64,000 nt of DNA from NCBI RefSeq assembly GCF_004010195.1, contig NC_057757.1, forward strand, positions 5,754,532-5,818,531. The letters run 5' to 3'. Of this stretch, positions 1 to 10,500 are shown piece after piece; the stretch's first letter is position 1; every line of letters begins with the position of its first letter. The position numbers and the translations under genes were made by a program. A model generated the notes under the pieces. It saw only the letters and a program-made list of their open reading frames with translations, was not told the origin of the DNA and made no database searches. The DNA is from Chiloscyllium plagiosum (taxonomy: Eukaryota).

Positions 1-140
1 CCAACGCCCCTCCCCCAAGTCCCTCCTCCCTACCTTTTATCTTAGCCTGCTTGGCACACCAGCCTCATTCCTGCAACGTCGATTCTCCTGCTCCCCGGAT
101 GCTGCCTGGCCTGCTGTGTTTTTCCAGCACCACATTTTTC
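1..140 (+). mobile_element. Penelope-like element 3' terminal fragment (family A)
   Basis: Shares acgtcgattctcctgctcc..gatgctgcctggcctgctg..ttttccagcaccaca with copies at 4150, 19820 and 59155. Hammerhead core region deleted. Confidence 0.7.
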
Positions 141-366
141 AAATCATTGATCACTCCCTCAACTTTCCTGATACCTGGTAGCAGCCCATCTGTAATCAAC
201 CATGCTGCATGTTTGGTCACACAGTTTGCCTGGCCCAGCTGAACAGTGTGATCCTAACTAACTGTTTTAATTTATATCAAGCTAATTCTGATTAGAGAAT
301 TAGCTGTTTTCTTCTGTGAACCTATTGCATTGCCATTAGCTGACTGAGTCTGTATTCCTTGCTCAG

Positions 367-471
367 CCGTGTCCTGATGTGTACTGGTTCCCCATTCTCT
401 CTGAACGAGCCTGTGATGAGTTGGTGCAAGAACTGGAGCATTTTGGCCAGTGGTCTGGAGGAAAGCATGAG
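367..471 (+). CDS. PLOD3: Lysyl hydroxylase 3 exon, 4th from last ([35 protein letters not shown])
   Basis: Acceptor ctcag at 362-366 and donor gtaag at 472. 105 nt, phase 0-0. Translation matches the [13 protein letters not shown]...EHFGQWSGG motif; GGxHE-DSRL is PLOD3-type. Confidence 0.95.
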
Positions 472-499
472 GTAAGAAGGCCGGATCAGAGCAACGCAC

Positions 500-740
500 A
501 GATCCATCCTTGTTTCTATGGGAACAAGGTAAAATTAGATCAATCTATTAGGCCTACTCCTGTTTCTAAGGCAACAGGGTCACACTAGGCCAATTCACTA
601 GGCCCATGCTTGTTTCTAAGGCAACAGGATCACACCAGGCCAATCACTAGGCCCATGCTTGTTTCTAAGGCAACAGGGTCACACCAGGCCAATCCACTAG
701 GGCCATTCCGTTAGAGAAGCAATGAGGTCACATCAGGTCA
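500..740. repeat. Tandem repeat, unit about 50 bp, 4-5 copies
   Basis: tgtttcta(a/t)gg recurs at 511, 561, 611 and 660. Unit approximately ctaggcccatgcttgtttctaaggcaacagggtcacaccaggccaatcca. Confidence 0.9.
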
Positions 741-2759
741 GTTCTTTGATGTCGATATTAGTGATGGAGTGTGTAACCTTCAAGGACACTTGTGTCTGCT
801 GTTTAGTTAAGATGAGCAAGGCCAGGGACTTTGCTCCCAAAAAGATTGCTGATCCTGGCCACAGGCCCCCATACAGCTAACCCTTCACTGTCGGTCAATG
901 TGCCGCTAAGAGGAGTTAGGCGGCAACGCGAATGAATTGAGACCTTAGCTGAAAGAAAGTTGAATTGATCAAAGCTGTCTGAGATGCCACATTGCTGATA
1001 TTGCCTTGAGTCTTGGCCCACTGCCACAATCCTTGTCACATTGTGTTATACTGCACTTCCACTTTGTCCTGGGAAATAAGTCGCACTTGAGTTCTGGGAG
1101 ACCTCGGTCTCTGCTGAACAACAATTGGTTTCATCAGCACCAAACGGATGGGGCGCAAACAGCAAAGTAATTTTATATTGTCCATACTTGGTGAAGAAAT
1201 TTGAGCCAGGATAAAGTAACCCTGCTTTCTCAGCACCCCGCCCTCCGCTTAACCATAAACGACCCCCAACACTGATGCTCATTAGGAGGTCGAGAAGATG
1301 CAGTGCGTCAGCTTCCAAAAGCACATTCCAAATCCAGGACCTCTATCATCGAGAAGGACAAGGTAGCAGATACATGGAAATACCATGCAAGTTCCCTTCC
1401 AAATCACACACCATCCTGACTTGGAAATACATTGTCTCCGGATCAAACTCCTTGGAACTCTCGCCCAAACAGCACTGGGTATTCCTACAGCACATGGACT
1501 GTGGTGGTTCAAGATGACCACCTTAAGGGCATTATTTTTTTTTTGAGGGCATCACTGGCTAGGTCAGCATTTATTACCAATCCCTAATTGCCCAGAGGGC
1601 AGTTAAGAGTCAACTACTTGCTGTGGGTCTGCAGTCACATGTAGGCCAGACTGGGCAAGGATGGCCATTTCCGTCCCGAAAGGACATTAGCGAACCAGCT
1701 GGGTTTTTCCAACAATCGACAATGTATTCGCGGTCATCATTAGACTCTTAATTCCAAATTTTTATCACATTCAAATTCCACCATCTGCCATGGCGGGATT
1801 CGAGCCTGGGTCCCCAGAACATTACTTGGGTCTCTCGACTAATGATCCAGTGATAATGCCACTGGGCCACCGCTTCACCGAAATGAGGGATGGGCAATAC
1901 CTAGCGAGGTCCACATCCCAAAAAAAAACCATCAAGGAGTAGAAATGGTGATTGTTTACTGCTGTCATTTAGGGAATGGAAATCTGCCTTCCTTACCAGA
2001 TCTACTTGCATGTGACTCCAGACCCATAGTAGTGTGATTGACTCTTAATGGCCTCTGAACTGGCTGAACAAGCGACTGAAACCAAGGGCTAAAAGAGATG
2101 GGCAACAATATTGACGGGGCCGCGGATGGTACGTTGTGAGATGCCTTTTAACCTTTGCTGCTCGAGTTGACTTCTGATGCCATACTCCATTTCATTACTT
2201 TGGCTATCAGTTTTCTCTGTGTTCACTGCTATGACAGAGCAGTTAGCCAAGCCGGAGTGGATTGTGTTTGTTATGAACCAGTCCAAACCCCCTCAAAATA
2301 CATTAAGAAGATAACCAGACCCTAACTCTTTCTTACTTTAAAGGCAAGTGCCAGGCGTTGCTTCCCGGATGCAAGTCAATTGATCAAACTACCAGTCTTG
2401 AAGCAAAGCACACTTTATTCATACGCTTTGGTTAAAATATAATCAAAGAAAAAATTGGAATAACTTAACTCTATTGAAAAAGTTAACAGAATAACAGTTT
2501 ATTTAACTGTTAAATAGTGACTGTTCCAACATAGTAATGTCCCATAAACACACCCTTGGCAAAGGCAAATTCAGTAAAATGCATTGTCTCGCGTGCAATT
2601 CTAGCAGCAGCAAGAGACGCTTTTACCTGGAACCGACAAAGAGGGGGAAGACAGCTTCCACATCCTGCTTCAATACCCCAACAATTGCTACTGAGAAACT
2701 AGAACTAATAAACCTGGTTCTGTGGGTGCTTGACCCCACCCAGTCAGGCTGCTTCTATT

Positions 2760-3690
2760 AGAGTCACAGACCTATACAGCACGGAAACAGATCCTTCGTT
2801 CCAAGTTGTCCAGGCCGACCAGATATCCTAACCTAATCTAGTCCCACTTGCCAGCATCCGGCCCATATCCCTCGAACCCCTTCCTACTCATATACCCATC
2901 CAGATGCCTTTTAAATGTTATAATTGTACCAGCCTCCATCACTTCCTGTGGCAGCTCATTCCACACACACCACCCTCTGCATGAAAAGTTGCCCCTTAGG
3001 TCCCTTTTAAATTTTCCCCTCTCACCCTGAAGTTATGCCCTCTAGTTCTGGACCCCCCGACCACAGGGAAAAGACCTTGTGTATTCACCCTATCCATGCT
3101 CCTCATGATTTTATAAACCTCTATAAGGTCACCCCTCAGCCTCTGATGCTCCAGGGAAAACAGCCCCAGCCTAATCAACCTCTCCCTATAGCTCAAACCC
3201 TCCAACCCTGGCAACATCCTTGTAAATCTCTTCTGAACCCATTCAAGTTTCACAACATCCTTCCGATAGGAAGGAGACCAGAATTGCAGACTATATTCCA
3301 AAAGTGGCTTAGCCAATGTCCTGTGTAGCCGCAACATGACCACCCAACTCCTGTACTCAATACTCTGACCAATAAAGGAAAGCATACCAAACGCCTTCTT
3401 CACTATCCTATCTACCTGCGACTCCACTTTCAAGGAGCTATGAAATTGCACTGCAAGCTCTCTTTGTTCAGCAACACTCTTGAGGACCTTACCATTAAGT
3501 TTATAAGTCCTGCTAAGATTTGCTTTCCCAAAATGCAGCACCTCGCATTTATCTAAATTAACCTCCATCTGCCTCTCCTCAGCCCATTGGCCCATCTAAC
3601 CAAGATCCCATTGTACTCTGAAGTAATCTTCTCTGTCCACTGCACCTCCACTTTTGGTATCATCTGGAAACCTACTAACTATACCTCTTA
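2760..3690 (-). mobile_element. CR1-type LINE, 5'-truncated (ORF2 C-terminus plus 3'UTR)
   Basis: ORF 2996-3595 contains WAEExQMxxNLDKCEVLHFG, LEYxxQFWSP, VQKRFTRM and RLRGDLIEVYKI. Confidence 0.92.
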
Positions 3691-4149
3691 AACTTACATG
3701 GGTTCCATCATTTAAAAACAAATCCAAGGCTTCACAAGCTTATGGGCTTTGAAGCCGACACATTAGCACCTCTGTCTCAACTTTTCTTCAAAAAGAAACC
3801 AGGGCCAGATACACCACCTAAAGCCAAAGTTTTGTCATCGATTATTGCCTCCAAATTAAAAAAAAAGTCAAGTGTTCAAGGCCTGCCTCAGAATTGTCAG
3901 CCTGTAATCTTACCTGGTTTCATTTCAGGCTGGAAATCTGCTGTCTTTACCCTGTCTGGCCTAGGTGTGACTCCAACCCTACAGTAGTGTGGCTGACTTC
4001 TAACTGTCCTCTGAGATCTCTGAGCAAATCATTCAGTCAAGGGCAATGTGGGGTGGGCAATAAAAGCTGACTTTTCCACTGACATCCACATCCCGTGAGA
4101 GGATTTTTTAAAAATGCAAGGCCGGCATTTATTGCCTGCCTGGAATTAA

Positions 4150-4354
4150 GAGATGGAAATGTGTTGCTGGAAAAGCGCAGCAGGTCAGGCAGCATCTAGG
4201 GAACAGGAGAATCGACGTTTCGGGCATTAGCCCTTCTTCAGGCTAATGGCCGAAACGTCGATTCTCCTGTTCCCTAGATGCTGCCTGACCTGCTGCGCTT
4301 TTCCAGCAACACATTTCCATCTCTGATTTCCAGCATCTGCAGACCTCACTTTCT
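4150..4354. mobile_element. Fold-back Penelope-like insertion (family A) with 15-bp TSD and hammerhead core
   Basis: Near-perfect inverted arms of about 80 bp centred near 4236. Direct repeat cctgcctggaattaa at 4135-4149 and 4355-4369. Confidence 0.85.
4214..4241 (-). ncRNA. Minimal hammerhead ribozyme core motif (CUGAAGA-A-GGGC-UAAU-GCCC-GAAA-CG-UC)
   Basis: Core CUGANGA, GAAA and UH are present, with a 4-bp stem II and palindromic ACGU at helix III. Stem I is not convincingly formed in this copy. Confidence 0.55.
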
Positions 4355-4626
4355 CCTGCCTGGAATTAACCCTTGAGATGCTGTGCTACCTTCTGCAACT
4401 GCTGCAGTTGCTTGGATGTATGTGTACCTACAGTGGGGGATTCTTACCCGGGGTCATTGAAGGAACTGAGATGGTGTGGGATTTGGAGGGCCCCCTGTTT
4501 CCCATGTTACTACAGTGACAACTTCAGAATTGTCTGTAAAGTGCTGAAGTCGTGAACAGTGCTGCGTAAATGCAAGTGCATCTTTCTCTCTGTAAGCGTC
4601 TTGCCGCGGTTATGCTTTTCCCCCAG

Positions 4627-4773
4627 GATTCGCGGCTCAGCGGAGGTTACGAGAACGTCCCGACCGTTGACATTCACATGAGGCAGGTCGGCTTTGAGAG
4701 GGAATGGCTGAAGTTCCTGAGGAAGTACATTGCCCCGGTGACGGAGAAGTTATATCCTGGTTATTATACCAAG
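4627..4773 (+). CDS. PLOD3: Lysyl hydroxylase 3 exon ([49 protein letters not shown])
   Basis: Acceptor ttttcccccag, donor gtacac at 4774. 147 nt, in frame with both flanking exons. [13 protein letters not shown] motif. Confidence 0.96.
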
Positions 4774-4827
4774 GTACACAGAAGGGGGCCTGGAACAGGG
4801 GAAGGGAGAGGAGACGTGCGGAGAAGA

Positions 4828-5125
4828 GGGCGGCGCGGTGGCTCAGCGGTTAGCACCGCTGCCTCACGGCGCCAGGGACCCAGGTTCAATTCCAGCCTCG
4901 GGCAACTGGCTGTGTGGAGTTTGCATATTCTCCCAGTGTCTGCGTGGGTTTCCTCCCACAATCCAAAGATGTGCAGATTAGGTGAATTGGCCACGCTAAA
5001 TTGCCCCATAGCGTTCAGTGCATTAATCAGCGGGAAACTGGGTCTGGGTGGGTTACTCTTCCGAGGGTCGGTGTGGACTTGTTGGGCCGAAGGGCTTGTT
5101 TCCACACTGTAGGGAATCTAATCTA
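4828..5125 (+). mobile_element. tRNA-derived V-SINE (HE1-like)
   Basis: A box ggtggctcagcggttagc and B box ggttcaattcc, V-domain-like tggagtttgcatattctcccagtgtctgcgtgggtttcc, and (aatct)n tail. Confidence 0.9.
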
Positions 5126-5127
5126 AT

Positions 5128-5340
5128 TTGATTAGATTAGATTACATTACAGCATGGAAACAGGCCCTTCGGCCCAACAAGTCCACACCGACCCGCCGAA
5201 GCGCAATCCACCCATGCCCCTACATTTACCCCTTCACCTAACACTACGGGCAATTTAGCATGGCCAATTCACCTAACCTGCACATCTTTGGACTGTGGGA
5301 GGAAACCGGAGCACCCGGAGGAAACCCACGCAGACACGGG
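5128..5340 (-). mobile_element. V-SINE (HE1-like), 5'-truncated, tail-to-tail with the previous copy
   Basis: Begins (agatt)n and is the reverse complement of the 3' two-thirds of the 4828 element. Confidence 0.9.
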
Positions 5341-6335
5341 CATGGGTAGCTAATTTGGTGTCATCAATATAAGAAAGTTACTTGTAAATACATAAAGAAA
5401 TTTACAGTCCATTTTTAAAAATACATTTAAGACGCAGATGAGAATTTTTTTCATACACATGGTTATGAGTGTTTGGAACTCTTCCTCAAAAGGCCAAGTC
5501 CTTGACTGTTTCTAAGGCAGAGGGATAGATTAATGATAAGCCAGGGGTGAAATGACGTTTATTGAGGCCAGGCCAGGATATATCTGCTGTGACCTGATTT
5601 GAAGCTCACTTGAGGGGCCTGCTTTTCTGTTGGCATATACCATCCTCCTCCAGAGAGCGGTGAGTGTGTGCACCTTGCTTCCACGGGGATTGCATTAAAG
5701 GGTGATGTTGGCTAAACATGGAGTTTGGCGGTTGGGGGGAGGGGAGGGGTAAGAGAAGAGAACAGAAGGGAACGGTGATGGGGTGAAAAGGAGAGGGTGT
5801 GGGAGGAGGCTTTTGTAGAGCAGGAACACTGGCACCGACCAAGCACAAAATGCTGAAGAAACTCAGCAGGTCGGGCAGCAGCTGTGGGGAGAAAAACAGA
5901 GTTAATTTTTCAGACTGATAAAGTTTCTAACCAAAGGATCATCAAGTGGAATGCTTGATTATAATATGTATTTCTAATTGTTCTGTTATTATAAATTTTA
6001 TAATCGACAAGTAGCTAATTGGCATCCTGTTGCCTTTTCTCATGGTCTCCCTTTCTGAGTAAGGGAGTTACATTGGCAGTTTTCCAAACCTCTGATTTTC
6101 CAGAATCTAAGGGTTCTTGGAAGATTACTGCTAGTGCATCTGGCGCCACATCCTTTAATATCCCAGGATACAACCCATTGTGTCCAGGGGATTTGTCCGA
6201 CCCTGTGCTGTGTCTGTGTTGGGACTGTTGGATGGGACACCTCCAGAGAGTTGAGGGTGTTGCTGACCAGGACAGGGTCTGTCAGGATTACACCCGTCCC
6301 TGTGTCTCTATCTCATTTCTAGATCTTTCTGACAG

Positions 6336-6461
6336 GCCGAGGCGGTGATGAATTTCATGGTTCGGTATCGTCCGGATGAGCAGCCGTCGCTCCGGCCTCA
6401 TCATGATTCGTCAACGTTCACCATCAACATTGCCCTCAACACCAAGGGCGTTGACTATGAG
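6336..6461 (+). CDS. PLOD3: Lysyl hydroxylase 3 exon with the Fe-binding HxD ([42 protein letters not shown])
   Basis: Acceptor ctgacag, donor gtgag at 6462. 126 nt, phase 0-0. AVMNF and RPHHDSST are PLOD3-type rather than PLOD1/2. Confidence 0.96.
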
Positions 6462-6539
6462 GTGAGTAACTGCTGCTGACTGTCAGCTTCTTCCCTCTCG
6501 GGAGAAAATGCTTTCCCAGGCAGGGCCCAGTACAGGAAT

Positions 6540-7170
6540 AGCTGTACCCCTTCACCCTTCCACTTGATCTCTCCTCACACCATCACTTAGTCCCTCCCTT
6601 CTCACTTTTGCTCAGAAACTACCTCACTCTCAGTTGATTTCCCCCTCATTTTATTCCCCCTCACATGTTTACTCTCTCACTCGGTCCCTCCACCCCTTCC
6701 ACTCGATTTCCCCCGTCTCTCGATTTCCCCCCCCCCNNNNNNNNNNNNNNNNNNNNNNNNNNNNNNNNNNNNNNNNNNNNNNNNNNNNNNNNNNNNNNNN
6801 NNNNNNNNNNNNNNNNNNNNNNNNNNNNNNNNNNNNNNNNNNNNNNNNNNNNNNNNNNNNNNNNNNNNNNNNNNNNNNNNNNNNNNNNNNNNNNNNNNNN
6901 NNNNNNNNNNNNNNNNNNNNNNNNNNNNNNNNNNNNNNNNNNNNNNNNNNNNNNNNNNNNNNNNNNNNNNNNNNNNNNNNNNNNNNNNNNNNNNNNNNNN
7001 NNNCACCTCACTTGATTTCCCCCCTCACTCAGACACTCCTCACCCTCTCACTCAGTCCCTCCTTCCCTTCTTCACGATTCCTCCTCACCCTCTCACTTGA
7101 TCTCTCCTCGCCCTCCCATTTGTCCCTCCTCACCCTCTCACTCGATGTCCTCCTCACCGCCTCCCTCGTC
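6540..7170. repeat. CT-rich degenerate minisatellite / low-complexity tract containing gap 6737-7003
   Basis: Recurrent ccctctcact(c/t)gat..cctcctca motifs on both sides of the N-run. Confidence 0.7.
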
Positions 7171-7443
7171 ATTGTTTAAGAGTGAGTCTGAGCCATGGAG
7201 CCATGCTGCTGGGTGAGAGTGACCGTTTGGCTTCCACTCTGTGTGAAGGTGCAGGCTGATGACAGGAGGTTATTGGCTGACTTGACATCGCAGTTGCCTC
7301 ATTTGGAGGTGTGGGATGAGGTGGGGTGGCGTCGTCGTTGGGGATTACCAGGAGGCTGAGCTCTGCGCTCGAAGTCCCGAGCTGATCGTCTGTGTTCTGC
7401 CAGTTTCTGAAGATCCTTTCAATGCTGTTGTATTTCTTTGCAG

Positions 7444-7599
7444 GGCGGAGGCTGCAGGTTCCTGAGGTACAACTGCTCGATCGAGGCTCCCCGCAAGGGA
7501 TGGTCCCTCATGCACCCCGGCCGACTCACCCACTTCCACGAGGGGCTGCCCACCACCCGGGGGACTCGCTACATCATGGTTTCCTTTGTGGACCCTTGA
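7444..7599 (+). CDS. PLOD3: Lysyl hydroxylase 3 terminal coding exon ([51 protein letters not shown])
   Basis: Acceptor tttctttgcag; TGA at 7597-7599. Contains the distal Fe-ligand His (HEG), the 2-oxoglutarate-binding Arg (GTRY) and the C-terminal IMVSFVDP. Confidence 0.96.
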   Translation, partial: GGGCRFLRYNCSIEAPRKGWSLMHPGRLTHFHEGLPTTRGTRYIMVSFVDP

Positions 7600-10500
7600 C
7601 GGGGTCGCAGGGGGTCGGAGGGAGGGAGGGACAAGTGATTGGACTGGCGGAGGCCGATGACCTGGACGGAGGCCTGTGCCGGAGCCACTCCTCGACCTCA
7701 TTTGACAATCAAGAGCAACCTAACCGGAAACCGCCGACCAGGGGCCACCCCCTCCACCCCCTCAAAGAACACTTCTCAAAACTCCCAGCCAAAGCCACCT
7801 TCCCCGTTAGTCTTCTCTGTGGGAGCTGTTGCCCTTAACCCCAGCGGAGCCCTGGTGATGTCACCCACTGTAGATCGACTGAAGGAGCCACTCCACACAT
7901 TGGCAATCAGCAACTTCAACCTCAGAGCCCAACAAGAAGGACAAGGACCCTGGACACCAAGCGTTGGATAAACAGATGGCCCCACGTTGTGTCGATAAGA
8001 AACTGGAGCAGGAGAATGCTACTTCCCCCCCCACCTCTATGCCTTCTCCATCAAATCATGAGCATGGCTGATCTGCTACCTCAACCCGAATTTCTGCCAG
8101 GTCCCTTGTTTCCCTTAATGACATTTTTTAAAAAAAAAATCAATCTCTGTCTTGAACGTACTTGGGTGTCCACAAGCTCCCTGGAGTGAGGAATTCCAAA
8201 GGTTCTGCCACCCTCTGAGTGAAGAAATCCCTCCTCATCTCAGTCTGAAATAGCCTGCCCCTTATTCTGATACTGTGCTCCTCCAACCCATGCATCCACC
8301 ACCCACCTCCCCTGCCTGGGAGAGAGGTCTGTCCATGTTGAGCTATCAAACCCATTTAGAATTGTTCTGACTTTTCAATGGGACTGTCCATCCAATGTAG
8401 GCTGCTCCTGAAAACATTCTTTCATGAGATTTGGGTATCACAGGCAAGGCCAGCATCTGGCAATCCAGAAGCTAATGTGGCCTCAGTTCAGACATTTGAG
8501 AAGTGAACCAGCAGCTGTATCTTTATAACCACAGGCCTTCTCAACAAGAGGGCTTTCCATTCTCTTTCGTGGGGTGTGGACATCACTGGGAAGGGTCAGC
8601 TTTTATTGCCCATCCTCAATTACCCTTGAAGTGAGATGCTCACTTGGACATTTCAGAGGATAGTTAAGAGTCTACCACATTGTTTGGGTCTGGAACCACG
8701 TGCAGGCCAGACCGGCCTAAGAACGTCAGATTTCCTTCTCATATTACGTCAATTCCCATGATCAGATGACACTGCCATTGGCCAGCCTCAGCCCGTCAGT
8801 GACCAGCTTGTTGTTTTCTGTTTTGCTGATGTGGTTTATTGCAAAAAAAAAGTGATCTTCTCCTGTGGAGGGTGGGGAGTGAGGAGTGTATGGAGGATTC
8901 AGACAGGTTGTGATAGGAGGGGGCGTGACCCCCCCCATGTTTAAGTCAAGCCATTCAGGGACATTTTCAGGAAGCACATCTTCACACAGAGGAGTGGAGA
9001 TCTGCAAATCTGTTTCTCCCCCCCCCCCCCCCACAAACACACACATCTCCTACAACTCACCCCACACCCCCTGAAAGCTCGGACACTTTCAAATGTGAGA
9101 TTGACAGATTTTGGTTGGATAAGGGTTAGGGATCAAGGCAGGTAGATGGCGTTAACACACTGATCAGCCACGACCATCATGCTTGAGGGGCTGAATGTCC
9201 CCCTCCGTCTCCTCAGTCTGTCCTCGATCTTTCAAGCAGTTTCCCAGCCGCCACAACTTAACCTGTCAGTGCAGGATCACTAAACGCTTAGGCACAGAGG
9301 CACAAGTTCTTTGGCTTTTACAGAATTGGAAACATGGAGGGCAGACCCAGTGCTGGTTATCAATTGGATGGGAGACCGCCTGAGAATACCAGGTGCTGCA
9401 GACTACTGGGGCCCTCTTGTAACACAGTAGTAGTATCCCTACCCCTGGATCAGGAGGCCTGGGTTCAGGTCACACTTGCTCCAGAGGTGTCTAATAGCAT
9501 CTCTGAACAGGTTGGTTAGGTAAAGAATAGGTTAAACGTACTAAAGAGAAACAAGAGGGCAAATGTTTTGTCCCATTGCACCTGCACCAAACAGAAGAGG
9601 AACAGGATGGGTCTCAGGTGTGATGGTAATAGTAAGATTCGAGAGCAGAGAGGCCCTGATTGGAGTGTGGGACGATTAGTGAGTTAGCCTGTGCTCTTCA
9701 GCCTGACCTACTTTTTGCAAGTGCACAGTCCAGGACAAAGCAGCTACGCTTGATTGTAACCCATCCAGCACTCTTTCCAACGCTGGCTCAGTGGAGGAAC
9801 TGTCCACCACCTACAAGTGAGCTGTGTGAACTCCTCAATTTCCTCTGATAGCACCTTCCAACTCACGACCTCTACCACCTAGGACAACAGCAGCTGCTAG
9901 GTGGGAACTCCACCACCTGCAAGTTCCCCTCTGAGCCATTCACCATCCCTTCAGCGTTGCTGGGACAAAATCCTGAAACTCCCTCCCTAACAGCACTTTG
10001 AATGTCCCTATACAAGGCAGGCTACAGTGGTTCAAGAAGGCAGTTCACTACCACCTTATCCAGGACACTTAGGGATGAGCAATAAATGTTGGCCCAGCCA
10101 ATGGAGCCCACATCTCAGGAATGAATATATTTTAAAAAAAACATTGATTCGATACTTTCTGTTCCTCAATTCCCACAAGTTTGATAAGGGCTGCAATCAT
10201 CAGAATGTTCTAGACGGTTCATTTTAAGATTTGGTATACCGTGTTTCATGTCAATTGTGTATGTGGGGGTGATCAACCCAGCCAAGAGAAAGTCAGTGTG
10301 GGTTGTAAGCTGGGCACCGGAGGCTAAAGACCTAACCTTATTTATTGCAAGCTTCTTCCTCATTTTGTCGCTTTTCTCTTTCTCTCTGCAAATTCTTTTA
10401 CTGAGGTGTCTTCGCTCCTCCCTCCCCACCAGTGCTCTTCCACCATTTCCTACGGCTTTTTGGTCAAATCTTGTTTTCTTTGTGAACCATTAAAGGGAAC

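Noticed and set aside
4828..4900. tRNA gene (and similar heads at 15775, 23230, 36629, 37795)
   Set aside because: The A/B boxes continue directly into the V-SINE body and tail, so these are SINE heads.
4570..5112. 180-aa ORF as a standalone gene
   Set aside because: It is a PLOD3 exon read through its donor site into intron and SINE sequence.
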